A stretch of DNA of 63,613 bases, the filler included, from Intoshia linei (taxonomy: Eukaryota > Animalia > Orthonectida), in the NCBI GenBank assembly GCA_001642005.1. It is 5 parts of 5 records of this genome, joined end to end, with 100 filler letters (N's around TTAATTAATTAA, not from the genome) between each part and the next. Parts side by side here need not be neighbours in the genome. Positions count along the whole stretch, not along the records: positions 1 to 30,935 come from LWCA01000347.1; 4 more parts are not named here. One strand, written 5' to 3'. Numbering within the stretch: the stretch's first letter is position 1; each line of letters begins with the position of its first letter. Position numbers and translations under genes: made by a program. Under the pieces are notes generated by a model. That model made no database searches and was not told where the DNA came from. It saw nothing but the letters and a program-made list of their open reading frames with translations. Shown here piece by piece: positions 14,901 through 30,247 of the stretch.

Positions 14901-17900
14901 AAATAATTAAAATAATTATTACACTTCCTTAAATTTCTAAAAAATACTTCCTGGCTAAAATCAATGTTGACAAAATTTAATAATTAACAAATTGTTTGTA
15001 AAACTTTTTAGTACTCCATTTCCTATAAGAATAAATTCCAAATTTAAATACATACAATTCAGCTACCATACAAATAAAAAATCAATTGTTTAAAAAAAGT
15101 TAAAAGCAATGTTGATGTAAATTTCAACAAAATTTAGAATCGGTTTTGTGACGAGAAATACAAACTAAAAAATTACCTTTTCTCCAATTGAACAAATTTC
15201 GGCATATCAATAAAAGTATCACTCATTTTTTTGTTTAATTGCATCGCTTTTAATTGAATCCAATTTTCATTGTTCTGAAAGTCAGCAAACTAAATTATCA
15301 TATAAATATTTTATATAATATAAATCTTTACGTACCAATTTTTTGGAAACTTCAATTTGATCATTATTTTTATAAATTGTAGAAATAAAATAGTCTTTTT
15401 TTATAATATTGTCCACGTTAGCCAAATGTTGGCAGACTGAATTGTAGTATTCGTTAAAAAGCATATAAGACTCTTGTTGCAGAGTGTTTGTCTTATTATA
15501 ATGAATATTCATCAAGTCAAACTAAAAAATATATTATAAACCTCGTAAATAAATAAAAATATAAAACCTGCTTAAAATTTGTTTCAACATTGTTTGCAAC
15601 ACTCTTAATATGAGTGTTAATAGTGTGTTGCAAGTTGTGTTTACTATTAATTCCTTCATATTTGATTTTAAGTTGATCAATTTGATTGTTGATATCATTT
15701 GAAACATCAAAACAACAAAAGGTACTGCCAGTAAAAATCTGATTATCCATAAAATTGTTTATAATATTTAAATTTTGCAACACTTCATGATCATATTCAT
15801 CCTGCGATTCAATCTTATCAATGGTAGAGCATTGTTTATAAAACCGCATAAATTGTTCCTTCATATTATCATACCTTGATAAAACGGTTCCAATTTCTGA
15901 ATTACCATGACAGTTTCTCAATGACACTGTTAATAAATAATCAACAATGTTAATCTGATCTTCATAGTTCTAAAATGTACATTAATATTTTAAATTTCAA
16001 AAATTGAGACAGTTGATAAGAAATGTCTAAATATTTAAATATTTGTATATATTCCTTTACACATAATTGCAAATAATGCACATAAACATTGTAAAACCAT
16101 TCAACCAAATGTTTTTATACAAATATTAATAAAAGTTTATAAAAATAAAGAAATAATATAAATATATACAACTCTGCTTCACAGTTCATTAAATGATAAA
16201 TTCATAATAAATCAAATACCATATAATTTCTGATTCGCAATTGATTTACGTCAAATTTGCTATTTACCACAATTTCCAATTTTTTTGATAGTTTTACTAC
16301 AATTTCACGTAGACGTGACACATTTTCTGAAGTTTGTAACAAAAGGATGTGTTTACACCTCTTTTCCAATCGATCGATTGCAATTTCAATTTTACTAATC
16401 TTATTGTGAACGTTGTTGAAATTACTTTCATTTTTTATGAACACGTCTTGAAATGCAAATATAAAGTTTTCGAAATTGCGCATTCCATTTTTTATTGTAC
16501 AAAGAGATCTCATCCAATCCTAGTTTTATTTATTAAAGTACATATGTATTTTATACATTGTATACTTATGTATATAAAAATAAAATATAAATATACACGT
16601 AATATATACACAATATTAATAATAAAATAAATGTATATTGTAGATTAGGCCCTAAAATTGTGTCAAGAGGGTATCATATTTATTGGAAATTTTGACCATT
16701 TAATAGATCATTCCATTTTGACATTTTAATTTAACGTTTTACCCCATTTTGTTGCACAGTAATATATATGTATAAAAAAATCTGTTAGGACACTACTATG
16801 GAAATATTTGTTACAAATTATGGTGGGGCGTAGAAATTTCGTACGGATAAAAGTGGGGCATGACACTTAAAACGTTGGAAAACACTGATCTAGTTAATAA
16901 CATTACTTTCGATGCTAACTAATCTTCATTTATCTTAGATGTGGATAAAACCATACATTAGTCATGTATTTCATTATAATGTTTCAATAAAACCTTTATA
17001 TTAAGCAGCATTTCTAATAAATCATTTTCATTATTTTGGCCACTCTTTATGTATTTACTGAATGACATAATACCAATCATAACATTATCACAACGTAGCA
17101 TATTCTTTTGATTTATGAATGCAAATTTACAATATTCATAAGCACTAATATCATTGATATACCTATTAATGTAAATTAAAATAAATAAATGATAATTTCA
17201 AAAATGGTCCAGCATAAAAAAAATAGATTAATAAGTCATAGGTATGTTGGTAATAGAGATGGGATAGACGACAGAAAGGAGACAGAGACGGGCTAATTTA
17301 TGTATAAAAATTAAAATATCCTTATCGTTTATTTATCAATAAATTTATTATGACTATCTATAACAGGGGTGTCAGACTCAATTTGCTTGGCGGGCCAAAT
17401 GTGACAAAAAAATTATGACGCGGACCGCACAAAAAATATCTCTACTCAAATCATTATTAAAATAACAGTTTTAATTAATTAATAAAAGTAAATAAGAAAT
17501 CATAATGAAATAAGTGCATAATAATGAAATTAATGCTAAAATAGTAATCAGGAATATATAAATCATGAAAAATATGTAAAAAAAAAAATATAGGTAAAAA
17601 TTTTGTTATGAAGCGGGACGCATAATTGACACCCCTGATTCTATAATCTAGTGCGACCATATTTAATTCGATCTCAATTCGTACTATTTATTTGTTGTTA
17701 GTAATCATAATAATTAGCCAATAAATAATGATAAATTTTTTGAAAATTATAAAATCAATTAAAAATAAATCATAAATGATGCATATGAAACAAATTAAAA
17801 TGTATCTTTACCCTTTAACTATCACCACACGTCTGGAATTTATGTTTTAATTTAAACTTTTATTATTTTTAAATTACCTATGTGAAAATGTATGAAAATA

Positions 17901-20900
17901 AAAAAATAAAGTAATTCAAAATTATGCTGTGTATATCATAGAATACACAGACAGTGAAAAGGTTAAATCTTCCACGGAAAAAACCGATTTGGAATTTGTG
18001 TTTGTTAAAATTATAGGACTGTTAGTTATTGAATTACACGATAACAGAAACCAAAGAAAGAGTTTTATATACACTTTATATTATACAGTATATTTATATG
18101 TATGGAGTATAAGTTTTGATTAATAAGTTGCTAGTACTTTTTATTCATTTCGCTTTAATATAAATCATAAAATTTACTTTATATTGTTAACCAAGTAACC
18201 ATGATGGAATTAAAATATTTTTAGTTTATATGCGTTACTGTGATGTAACTTGTAAAAAATTTTTTCATAGGCCAAAATTTGGTAGACTTAAAAACACATT
18301 TAAACCAATGAAACTATGAGATAATATAATATTTTTACAATGTAATTAATATTGTAAAAGTAAAAATTTCATTGATGCAATAAATATTGTCCTATTTTTA
18401 AATATTACTTGTTTTGTAAATCCATAAATTTTTCAATAAATTGATCAATGAATTTTAAATATCTTTTAAATTCTAATATCATGTAATCATTCTGAGAAAA
18501 GTGGTTGCACATATAATTCGCATTTAAACGACAAAAAAGAGAAACTTTATAAATCTTTTCTAGTAAAAGCGTGCATTTTGATTTATAATCACTTTTATGT
18601 AAAATTCCGTCAACGAAATTAGAAAATGTATTCGTACATTTCACCATATATGTTTTCAAATTATTGACCTGTTGATAGAAAGTTATGTAAACATTTTTAC
18701 TAAATTCCATCAGTATTTGAAATTTATTATAATCCTGTTCAATTTTATTCATTTTTGTAATGATTAATTCATAATCAATCATTTTTGCATTATCATACTT
18801 GTCAGTTTTGTAGTGAATTAATTCAAATTTTAAAATATCACATTTTAAGAAATTGTATTGATTCTAAATTAAAGTTATTTAAATTTATTAATATAATAAT
18901 AACGTTTTTAATACAAATCAAACTAATAATATTTTACTATAATATATTTTATAATTATTATATGCTATTCAATAGTAGTAAATTGGTACAATAAATAACC
19001 TTTATTCGGTTTGAATAGCAAGTGAAATCAGATAAAGATTTGAATTTAAATTTCAAAGAATTCTCAAGACATGTTAAATTATCCAATAAAATCTTGTACG
19101 AAAATTGTTGAGAAAATTTCAATTGATGAATTGAAACATTATCAACAGTATTCAATTTTGCACATAAATTTTTCATCAAATCTTTTAAATGATTTACATC
19201 AATACGCAAATTAAATTCAATTCTTGAGTTTTCCAAAAAATACTTTTGAACAGAACTAATCAAAGAATTACATTCAACCATTAGAGTACATTGTGAATCA
19301 GAGTTCAAATTTTTAATGTCATTAAAATTTAAAAGTTTAGATTCGAATTTTTCAATAAAATATTTGCATTTCTCAATTTCAATATTATTCACACCAGAAT
19401 TTTGTTTAAAGTCGCGTAAATCATTTAGACGTTTCAACAAAAAAGAACATTCTGGTTTAATATATTCCAACGCATTGGTAAAGCTTAATATTTGTGGATA
19501 TTGATTTGAAACTTTCTTTCGAAGTAGAATTATAACATGTTTAATGTTTTCGTAAATTTGTTTAGTTATTTCAATACAATTGTCCACATTTGTATAATCA
19601 TTCAAATTTTCCGTTTTACCATTGATAGATAAAGCATTATCAAAATAATTCAAAAGTTGAGTCGAAAATATTACCAAATCTTGAACAATTTTTGCATAAA
19701 CGTTTAGATTCAAGTTTAGTTCCAAGTTTAAAATTATTTTTTCGTATGTTTTTGTTAAATACTTTACATTCAGATTTTCAAATGTAGATTTATTTAATGG
19801 TATTTTGGGGACTTTATCAGTGTTTTTCAAAGCAAAAAAAGTATTAATTATATTAGAAATTGTGTTTAACTGAATGTTTGATTCGTTCAAAATTGCGGCC
19901 GTATTTTCAGATTTAGTCAATTTTATATTCAAATCAGGATGCAATAACAAGTTTTCAATCAACTTTTGTTGCATCTAAAAATTTTAAATATTATAGATAC
20001 ATAAATTATATTAATAATATATTAATGTATTTCAATCTTACCAATAAATTATTTTCTTCGTTTTTGCTTTTTTGAGTGGGTAATGCGTGAGACTTATTGT
20101 TGTTTTCCATTTTAATTTCAATAATTTTGAATAGATTGTTTAAATTTTCATTGTTATTTCTAATTGAATCAGAATAAATATTGTGACCAACATTTTCAAT
20201 TATGTTTCCGTTTCTTTCGATATAATGTACTCCCTTCATACTCACTTTTTCAAGTTTCTCCAGAACGTTTACAAATTTAGTTTTGATTTTTTTAATATTA
20301 TTATGGTCATTGCTTGCATTTTCAAGATTTGGGTGTGGGTTATTCAAGGTTTCGTCCATCTCACCCATACTTAGCGCTACATTTTTCATTTTATCTTGAA
20401 TTTCATTCAGACTACTCTAATATAAGGAATATATAATTTTCGCGTAGTAACGAAATTTGTTTCAACCACACTGATTTAATGCAAAGTTTATTAAATTTGT
20501 ACTTTCACGGTCAAATCTCTTGATTTGCCCTTTTTTTGAAAATTAAAAAATGAAAAAGAATACGTCCATAACTTAATAAAAATCAGAGCTAATTCAGCTC
20601 TGTCCAGTTAAAATACACGAAATATTTCAATATCACAAAGTTACACCTTCACGGTCAAAAAGACAATTTACTATTTACTATCTATTTTTTGAAAATTATT
20701 TCATTAAAATAAATATTGAATAATTAATAGTCTTTTTGAACGTGAAGCCCTCATTGTCGTGCTCATAAAATGGCATCACGATGAAATTTAAGTTTTTATG
20801 AAAAAAAATTTCATTATTACATAAAATGTATCGTTATGTAAACTATACAATGTATAGTATGCATTATAGCACCTTATAAAGTATTTAAAAACTGTCTCAG

Positions 20901-23900
20901 AATTTGTTTTTTCAAAAATTCTAGGGCTTTTTTCAATAAAAAAGGTCGTTTAAGTCTCAATTTTGAAAATGAAATTTGCTTTGGAACAGCTCTATAGATT
21001 AAAACAGTATTATAAACGTCTTTTAATTAATTAAATTTAAATTTAATTTTGAAATATTAAATGGTTAAATAATTTTTGACCGGGAAGATGAAAAGTTGTA
21101 AAATTAACATTTATGTTACTTTCTCCGTTGGACAAAATTCACTTGGAATTTGTATTTTTTATAATTCTAGCACACTTAGTTACTGAAATAAATGGTAACC
21201 GAAAACAGACAAACAGACAAACATACATTAAAATTTATATAAGTAAGGATAATTATAATTATAACATTATAATACAAGGGTCGACAACCAGTAGCCCACT
21301 AAATAATTTTGTTGGCTCTTTGATTAAATATGTCAATTATTTATTTTTAAATTTTTCAACTTTGAAACACCGTTTTAAACATTTTCTACTATAGTTGGTT
21401 CATTATAATCATTTTAATATTGAATTTTCAAATTGTGTCAGATTTTATTTTGTTTGAATAAACTAGAACAATTTCTTTTCACTTAAATTGAAATCTATAA
21501 TGTGTTAATTTTCCAAAATGGGGCCCATATAATTTTTTGATATAAAAAAAGTGACTGGCGAAATGAAAAAGGTTGCTGAACCCTGTTATAATATACTGAT
21601 ATTTATCAACATTTCAAATATAAAGGAAATTTAAATACAAATAACTTAAAAATTGGAAAAAAAATTGATAAAAATCGAAAATTTATATAAAAAAATTCAA
21701 AGTCATTCACCTAAAATAAGTCAAATTGAATGTCGGAAACGTCATTGACGAGTCATGTGAAGATGAAGTTATCATTTCATAAAGGGTTTTAATCAGATCA
21801 ATATTTCATTCTCGTAATTTTGAAGTTCAATTCAATTCAATCATTCTTGCTATAATATTTCCTCACGCTCAATACAATTAAAAATATATTGTTCACCCAC
21901 TATTCAGCATAAAAGTATACATAATTTCTACGTTTTACAAAGACTTATATTGAAAAAATGGTTATTTTCGCTTGTTCCATTTTTTAAGGTTAACCAATTG
22001 TAAATCTCAACCAATTGCAATTAAGTCGTATCCAGAAGAGAAATAATTTAATAAAACGAAAGTGTCATTGAAACTATAATATATTAATATTAATATCAAC
22101 TATACACTATATGTACTATACTTACGTATAACTTAAAATTTGGGATATAAATTAGTGTACCTCTATATACGTGATATTTGAATTTGTTTCATTTATTTTT
22201 GTGCATTTTTCTATAGGTTGGGTATTGATAAATGCATCGATATCATCAACGCTTTGGTTAATACTTTCCATATTATCAGCCATGATTTTTTCGTAAGATG
22301 TAACTGTATCAAGATTCTAAAACAATATTATTTTAAATTCCCACATTTACATTATACAGGTACCCACCATATAAATTAAAAGTAAATATATTATATTTAA
22401 AATTGGCAGATACTGTTCATGGTTTTTTATTTTACATTTTTACCAACCTTAAAATTGAAGAATATCAAATTAAAAAAAAAAATACCGATTTTTTGCAATC
22501 CTGATATTTCTGCAAACAAGTAAGTTCAAATTTACTAGAAATTTTTTTAATTCGATTTTCTAATAATTTTTTAATATTAAATTGATTAGAATTGCTCGTT
22601 TCCGTGTCTGAAGAATGAAAAGTATTAAAAATATCATTTAATTCATGGTTGACCAATTCAATTTGACTTTTAAAATCCTAAATTAAAAAATGACTCAAAT
22701 AAAAAGAAAAATTACACTAATATTGACAAAATTTTGCTGATCCAAAATATTTTCCAATTTATTAATTTTTAAACTCAAATTTTTGAGTTTACTTCTATAA
22801 TCTTGTTGAAATTGCAGCAATTCAGGAATGGATTTATTTTGGTTTTCCGTGACTTTCAAAGTTTCTCCAACTTGTTCAACAATTAATTTTGATTTATTTG
22901 TCAACATTTTATGTTGAAAAGTTTTCTTGTCAATTTTTTCCATTAAATTTTTGTATTCGTCTTTTTGCGTTAAACTTTCGTTAAAATTGTTTACATTTAA
23001 TGTATCACGCGCTTGTCGTAAATTATATTTCATTAGATTGGCATTGTGGATAATGCAATTTAAATCAGCGAAAATCAATCTTCTATTTGATTCAGAAACA
23101 TTTTCAAATTTGTCTCCAATTTTATTCAAATACGATTTAGTGCCATCTTGCCACATATCAAATTTGTAAATCAAATTTTCAGCTACACGCATAGATTCTT
23201 CGTATAAAAATTCTTTTTGACTATATTCGTCAATTTTATGTATATATTCGTTTATAGACTTTGATAAATTACTGATGGATTCGTTTATATGTATATTTAT
23301 TGACCAGTCAAATGAATTGTATTCGCTATTTAAATCATTAAACAATAAAGACTCGTTTTGCAATTCAAAAAGTGCTTTTGATAAATTTTTTTTTTTTTTA
23401 GATATGTAGTCATATTTTGAAGATTGATCTGAAACTAATAATCTTCCATCAAATTTATTCAAATTTAATTCGTCAGTGTATTTAGTCAAACTTTTTTGAA
23501 TGTTTTTAACGTTTTTATTGTATTTACTGTATTTTTCCAAATCTTTTGTTAGTTCAGTAGAAATTGATATATTTGACTCAATTTCATTAAAATAATTGTT
23601 GATTGATAGATTCTTTACGGAGATGTCCTTTTCTGAATACGCCGAGTATATTGATCGAATATTTTCAATTTTTTTATAATTATGCTCTATTATTTTCTAA
23701 AATGAATGAAATTACTAAAATTTATTATTTTTTTGTAATATTTGGGTGTATTTCATTTACGCGTATGTTATATGGGTCAATTAATTAGGTTAATAATATA
23801 ACCGTAGTACAAAAAGAACGTGCATGTAAAATAAACAATTTTGTAACGAAAATGAGTAAAATCTATTATATTTATATTTATGATACATCAAAGTGGTTTT

Positions 23901-26900
23901 ATCAAAAATATGTTAGTTCACAATACATACATGTTTTTGGTTGATTCATTAGTTAAGATTGAAAAGTTTTATATACATTCTAAGACTTAGAATCTAAGTT
24001 CTTATTAACGTAAATTCGATGTTAACGGAATTTTTTTTTCATAACATATTTATATATATCAAAAATTCCGTTAATAAAAAGTTTATCTCTAAAGCTCTAT
24101 AATCTATTTTTAATTACTATCATAAACATAAATTCATTTGCCCATTTCATTTTGTTACTAAATAAAAGTCAATTTATTACGTTTTTTATCAATTTTTTAA
24201 TATAAATTAAAATAGATGGTTGTTAATTAGAAATAATTACTATAATTGCGGAAATATCATTTTTAATAAAATTAAATTAAATTATTTCTATAAAATTTTT
24301 CATAAATCGCAAAAAAACTGATTTGAACCCAGGGGTTCTATGGACTCCGTTGAGAATGGTTGGTGTGTAGTAATTCGTCATGTATTATTCAAAAACTCAT
24401 AACAAGAAATATGGCCATTTAATGGTTTTTATTAAAAAAATTAAATTCCGTTAACAGGTGTGTTAGTATGGGAAAATTCCTATTTGGAAAATATGGGCAA
24501 CATTAGTATTATAAAAATAATACTTAGACTGTAATATATAATCATTTTAATAGTTTGTTATATTAATTTTTAAAATAATATTAAAACATACATTAATTTT
24601 ATTTTCATCAACAGACCTATGAGATTTATTCTTCAATTTAATTCTAGACCTCTTTTCAATGGCAATTAATTCAACATTGAGATTTTTTAAAGAATGTTCC
24701 AATTCTTCATCAATTTTAAGTGATATATTTGTTAATTTATGGTCATATTCATTAAACAATTTTGTAATTCTAGACATTCATATTAAAAAATAAAAAAATA
24801 AATGTGTATACATTTTATATATAATCTATATTAACACCGCGGACAGAGCCGTTTTAAGGCATATGGGCTGTAGTCCAGGGCCACTCCTTAAAAAAGGCCC
24901 CAAATTAATAAAAGTACTTTACACTTATATCTTAAAAAGAGGCCCCGAATTTATTAAAAAATACTTCACATTTATATCTTAAGAAACAGTTTATAAGTTT
25001 TGAAGTGTGGGAATTCAAATAGCTAGAAAGAAAATTGTTTAAAGAATCAAAGTACTGATAAATATTTAATTTAAAATATATTATACAATGTTCATCATAT
25101 AATATTGACAGAAAAACTGTTTCAAATAATAATATTAAACATTAAAATCTTTCGATTAAGTGAATATTCAAACAAGAAAGTAGGAAATCTTTGATTTTCT
25201 CTTATTAATTTTCAAAAAAGGGGCTTCTAAAAAGGGGCCCTAAAATTTTTTTTATCGCTTCGCTCAAAACTTTAAAGGGTCACGAAACGGCTTAAGACGG
25301 TTCTGACCGCGGACCGAGTACGGGTAAGAATGTGGAAACTCCACCATATTATCTCCTTAGAAAGGACTATATAACTTAGACTAAGTTAGGACTTAGAATT
25401 ATATCAAGTATCTAGCTTGGATGTTTTGTACTTTGTACAAACAGCACTTAGCTCTGCCGAGAGCGGAGTTTTTTAATTCGTCCAAAAAATATAATCTTAA
25501 ATAGAAATGCCACTATTCACTATTACCAAACTTTTAAAGAAATAGTTTCCAAACGAGTCAAGAAAATTTTTTATTTTTAAAATCTAGGTCCTAGATACTA
25601 GGACCATTAATTATATTAAATTTTTTGTTTTAATAAAATAATTTATACAAAAAAAGGGGTAAACAGTAAATTGTTTTGTTGAAAATGAATGCATAAGTTA
25701 ATATTTAAAAATTTTATATATGGTAATTGGGAAAAACTGTATTAAATGTGATCTTTTTAAATTTTAGGACAATTCGTTTTTATAAAATAACGATAATGCA
25801 CATACAGATAGACACACAAACTTTAGTTATGCTTTAAACTTATAATACCACTTAAACCTTAAAAAATTCTAAATCTTGTTTTATTTGTCTAAATAGGATG
25901 GGTAATTTGGGGATTTTACACTGAAAGACTCAATTTTTGAAATCTAATTTGTGATACAATCTAATCCTTGAAAAACTGTATTAGATATTTGTGTTTTTAA
26001 AACTCTACATATTTTACTTTCGTAAATAAGATAATACAAACAAAATTAAAATTAAAAAACTAGAACCCTCCTTAAAACCTGGTAAAAAAATCCCTAAAAA
26101 CCAATAAAAATCTTGAAAATATGGTCAAAAAATTTCACTATGATTTTAAACTTTGTATCAGTGTCTATATTTTTTTAAATTATAGGATTCGTTTGATTTT
26201 TAAAAAAAAAATAATTAGGGTTTTTGACAGGTAAGATGTAAATTTCTGAAATTAAATTTATCTTAATTATACCACCGGAAAAACTCTAATGGAAAAGTAT
26301 AATTTTTAAAACTCTAAGACCCTTAATTATTGAAATAAACGATAACAGATAGACACAAATAAACAGACACATAAACACACAAACAAAGCGTTTTACATAC
26401 TAAGTTAAGAATCCTAACTTAAAATTTAAAAATTTTTAGTTAAAAATGTATGGCTATTTATTGATTTGTCTGTTTGTTCGAGTTTATTTAAGAAAGTAAG
26501 AGAAGTCTAGTTTTAAAAATTTCATATTTCTACAACAGTTTTTCCAAGGTGATATTTTATCGCAAATTTCATTTTCAGAAATTGAGTCCTTTAAGGTCAA
26601 AAACCACAATTATCGTTTTTTTTAAATTCAAACCAATCCTAGAATTATAAAAATAAACAATATGATAACGATTTTGAAATTATCAATATTATAATAAATT
26701 TCATTTTCAAAATCTTATATCGTCACGGCTAAATCCGCAAACTACAATTTCGTAAGTAAAGAAACAATTGTGAATAAATTGTTAGTACGTTTTTATTCTG
26801 GTCGCTTTATCTAAACCTTAACAGTGGCGGATCTAGGTCTGTCAACTAGGGGGCGAAACAATTATTAGGGGACCAAACTCATATAATGTATTTAAATTTG

Positions 26901-29900
26901 AATTTTTATATTATGTTTATTAATATATTTCTGTACATAATAATTTATATTTTTTTTAGTTTTCATTCTAATAAATTTTCCAACAACTGTATCAAAACCA
27001 AATTTTTTTTTGCAAGTTCTCTTTCGATTATCAACAACGTTCAGTCCCATAATTTAACTTAAACTGTGTTATATAATACATATGATGATATACTATACTA
27101 TATTAAATTAATATACATAAAACGTAAACAATGATAACAAGCATAATTCAATAAACGGAATTAATTTTAATTTAATGGGTCCTAGAAATTTTTTTTAATT
27201 TTACACAATGTTAATATACAAATTATAATATTTTAGGGTCACATTTGTCACGCCAGGGGCGGCCTTGCACCCCACCGGGTCCATTACTGAACCCCAGATT
27301 ACTCTTTTTGTAAAAAAAGTACATAAATGTCAATCTAGTTTTTATATAAAATAATACCTAATATAATCTTGTTGTAACTGATTGAAAGATGATTTTAAGC
27401 AACCGACTTTTTTACAATTTGTATATTTTTCATTAAGAATATTGATATTTTCATTTAAATCGTTCATATAATAAGAATTGTTCAGGAAGTTTTGCATTTG
27501 TTCCTAGATATAAATATAATAAAACTTTATACATAATTACACAATGTAAAAATACAAGTATGTAATATATTATGTGATTTAATGTATACGAATCGTAATA
27601 TCGTATAATCGTATAATACGATAGTAATTTACAATAAGACAGGTGTCGGTAACGAGTGGTCCACAGAATAGTATTGAGTTTGAGTAAATATTTAAATTAT
27701 TTATTTTTTAAATTTTAATAAATTTAAAATTTAATATACGTTACAGTGCAGTTACAACCGTAAACTAAACTGTAATATTGGGATTATAATTTTAATTATA
27801 ATGTATTGTTACATAAATTAAATGTGAATGATAAATTTATCAAAGTTAATCCTTCTTTGATATTACCTACTTTAAAAATCTATTTGTTTGTATAGTCACT
27901 CATGTATGATGTGTAAATTTTCAGAAACGGGTCCGTAGAATTTTTTCATATAAAAAAGTGGCCTAAAAGATGGAAAAGGTTGCCGACCCCTGACTTAAAA
28001 AATTATAAGCATGTCTATCTATAATCCTTACTGAAACTAAATTGAATGTCTGTATGTTTATCTGTTTGTGTATGTTACCGTTTATTTTCAACAATTCAGA
28101 CTCATAGAATTTTAAAAAAAACAAATTCCAAGTCAAAATTTTTGGGGGAGAAAGTAAGATAATTTCAATCTCAGAAATTTACATCTTCCCGATCAAAAAT
28201 ACCAATTATCATTTTTTTAAATTGTACCAGCGGATACTGAAAAGTGGTGAAATTGATATGGAGTAAAAAACAGGATAATAACCGCTGTGCAGGGCTCTAC
28301 ACAACTGTATATAATATTTGTTTTAATTGAAATAAATATACATTAAACAAAGATTTCGTTTTTTCAATATCAATATCCAGATCGTCGGGATCAATAATCA
28401 ATTTATCCAAAAAGTCAGACCACCTTGATACAAATTTTCTCATTTTTTCATTTAAAATGGACATTTTAGTAAATACAGCTTCATCATTCTAATAAAATTG
28501 CATAAATATAAATTATATTAATATTACCAAATAGGTTCGTTCAATATTATTCAATTTAGAAATTTCAATTTGTACAAGATCTTTTTTACCATCAAAATCT
28601 ATTGAAATGGTATCTATTAAATTTTGATGAAATTTCGATTCAAAATTATTCAAATTTGATGCAATTTGACCATCAGAATAGATTGTAACTAAGAGCATTT
28701 TAATTTGATTGATATCATCAACTTGGTTCTTAATTTGATCAATTGAGGCTAATTTGAAATTTAAATTGTTTGCATTTTGAATAGAATTATCAATAATATT
28801 AAACTTATTAACTATATCAGCAACATTATTATCAATATTGTGAAACAGTTCAATTTTCAGATTTATTTCACTTTTCAACATTTCGTACTCGTTAATCAAT
28901 TTTTGATTTTGCAGTTCAATGTCAGTAATATCAAAATTGGAATGAATTTTTAAATTTTCAATTATTGGTTTATTATTCAAGCTAAAATTTAAAACATCTT
29001 GACGAATTTGTTTCAATTGGTCGTATATTTGTTTTATTGAGATTGTGTAGTTTTCGAGTGACGAACTAGTGCTATTAACATCCAATGAATTTAATTTGGA
29101 TTTATAATAACTGATATGTTCTTTGTTCGCCGAAATTTGAGTGTGTATTTCAGAAATTAGGATGACAATATCATCAAGTCGTTTCATAAATTCCTTTTCA
29201 TATTTATAATATGCTAAACAAGATTCATAATAATTTTCAAATTTATCTAATTTTGAATTTTCCAAATTCAATCCATTCATGCAATCATTATATTCCACAA
29301 TCATATCGTCAATATCATTTATTTTGATATGTATTAATTTGCTGTTTTCATCACATTTTATTTTTTTCCTAGATATATCATTTTCCGTTAATGTTTCTGA
29401 TGTCCACATTTTAAATTTTGTTATTAAATTTTTCATATCTGTCATTTCGTTTTCAAGTTCTTCTTCCATGTCGTAAATTTTATCAAAACTCTGCTTGATT
29501 ATTTTCAATTCTTCTATATTCTCATTGATTTTAGCGTACAAGTTTAATCCATTCTCAATATTTTCAGTACCATTTGAGGGTACAATGTTTACATTTCCTG
29601 AATTTTCATCTCGATTTTCAATTGACTTTATTAATTTATTATATTCGTTTTTTACAATACTTTCTTCGTCTTTTAGTGTGTATAGTATTTCCAAATTTTG
29701 CTAAAAATTTACATTAATTTACAAAATTTCAAATTTATAAACATTTAAAGAAACATTAATACCTTTAAAGATTTAACTTTAACATTTAGTTCGCAGTCAC
29801 TGCTAACTTTAATATTATCATAAATTGTATTTACGTTGTTTAAAACTTTATGAAAAGATTCATTATTTAAGATAATTTTATCTAAATGCACACATGTATT

Positions 29901-30247
29901 TTCGTGTTTCTGCTCCAATGATATTATTTGCATTTGTACATCTTTAAATTCCACAAAAAGTTGATCTGTCAATTTTATGTGTTCAGTAACTTTGCACATT
30001 TTTTCATATTCATCTTTTAGTATCATCTAAAATTATATTTATACATCAATTTTGTACATATATTCTTACAAATGAATGTATATATTCATTCTTTTCATTT
30101 TCTAGTTCATTAATTTTAAAATGTAACTCTTTTTGATTGTAATTCATTATATCATTTTTAATATTATTAATTAAATTCGTCACATTCTGTAATTGTTTAT
30201 TTTTTTTTTCCATTTTACTTGTCAACTTTCCAATTTGTTCTTTTTCT
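2947..30247 (-). CDS. SYNE1: Giant nesprin/SYNE (MSP-300/ANC-1)-like spectrin-repeat protein, multi-exon, 5'-incomplete (roughly 3,400 codons in about 35 exons, hand estimate)
   Basis: Continuous run of minus-strand helical ORFs bounded by TTTAG acceptors and GT donors. Largest exons are approx. 28527-29700, 22715-23695, 19000-19974, 18408-18864 and 11992-12501. Phases were checked at several junctions, e.g. the 51-nt intron 3100-3150. Spectrin-repeat-like Trp patterns (KSWKNFDVEYSNLVSYI, FDKMVYELRSWMN, RWQDCSHSLE). LEWD motif at 5077-5088, typical of the nesprin C-terminal region. No start codon or CH domains before the gap at 30936, and no KASH seen. Confidence 0.7.
5396..6116 (+). mobile_element. 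hAT (Charlie/Buster-type) internally deleted element with transposase C-terminal remnant
   Basis: ~5800-5935 translates ALTAIKHKKRAKLLSVEEELRVCLSKTRPRIKNLGIKYRAQISH*, a Buster/Charlie/FAM200-type C-terminus. Right TIR ...AAGGTTGAGAAACACTG; NTCTAGAG flanks. Near-identical inverted end copy at ~30774-30935. Confidence 0.8.
13388..14290 (+). mobile_element. Non-autonomous Helitron family, representative copy
   Basis: 5' end A|TCCT(T)ACTTATATAA followed by a GTTT/GTGT microsatellite, also at 26412, 28025, 38289 and 63096, and inverted at ~21250 and ~26410. Long internal homology with ~31890-32190, 33760-34100 and 45940-46590 (inverted). 3' ends consisting of a TGTTTGTAC-N3-GTACAAAACA-like hairpin + CTAG occur at 7800(+), 25412(-), 37411(-), 45633(-) and 62888(-). 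Confidence 0.7.
17364..17637. mobile_element. hAT MITE
   Basis: TIRs CAGGGGTGTCA / TGACACCCCTG with TCTATAA flanks. Confidence 0.75.
17815..17966. mobile_element. piggyBac-like (TTAA) short non-autonomous element
   Basis: Ends GACAGTGAAAAGG|TTAA; close copy at ~60925-61104 ending GACAGTGAAGGGG|TTAA. Confidence 0.55.
21275..21585. mobile_element. hAT MITE
   Basis: TIRs CAAGGGTCGACAACC / GGTTGCTGAACCCTG with perfect TSD TTATAATA. Related copy at 27640-27992. Confidence 0.85.
24844..25305. mobile_element. hAT MITE
   Basis: TIRs CAGAGCCGTTTTAAG / CTTAAGACGGTTCTG with perfect 8-bp TSD ACCGCGGA. Confidence 0.9.
25412..26410 (-). mobile_element. Helitron-type non-autonomous element (both ends present)
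   Basis: Hairpin+CTAG 3' end at 25412; microsatellite and 5' end at ~26340-26410. Abuts an oppositely oriented copy starting at 26412. Confidence 0.6.

Noticed and set aside
14860-15022. Apparent small exons in the nesprin-like gene
   Set aside because: The tested combinations hit stops, and the flanking exons (15176 donor, 14741 acceptor) already join in phase.
8012-29704. Many short plus-strand ORFs (e.g. 8012, 12304, 16349, 19316, 22927, 29279, 29495)
   Set aside because: Antisense shadows of nesprin-like exons (F/S/I/L-rich) or translations of repeats.
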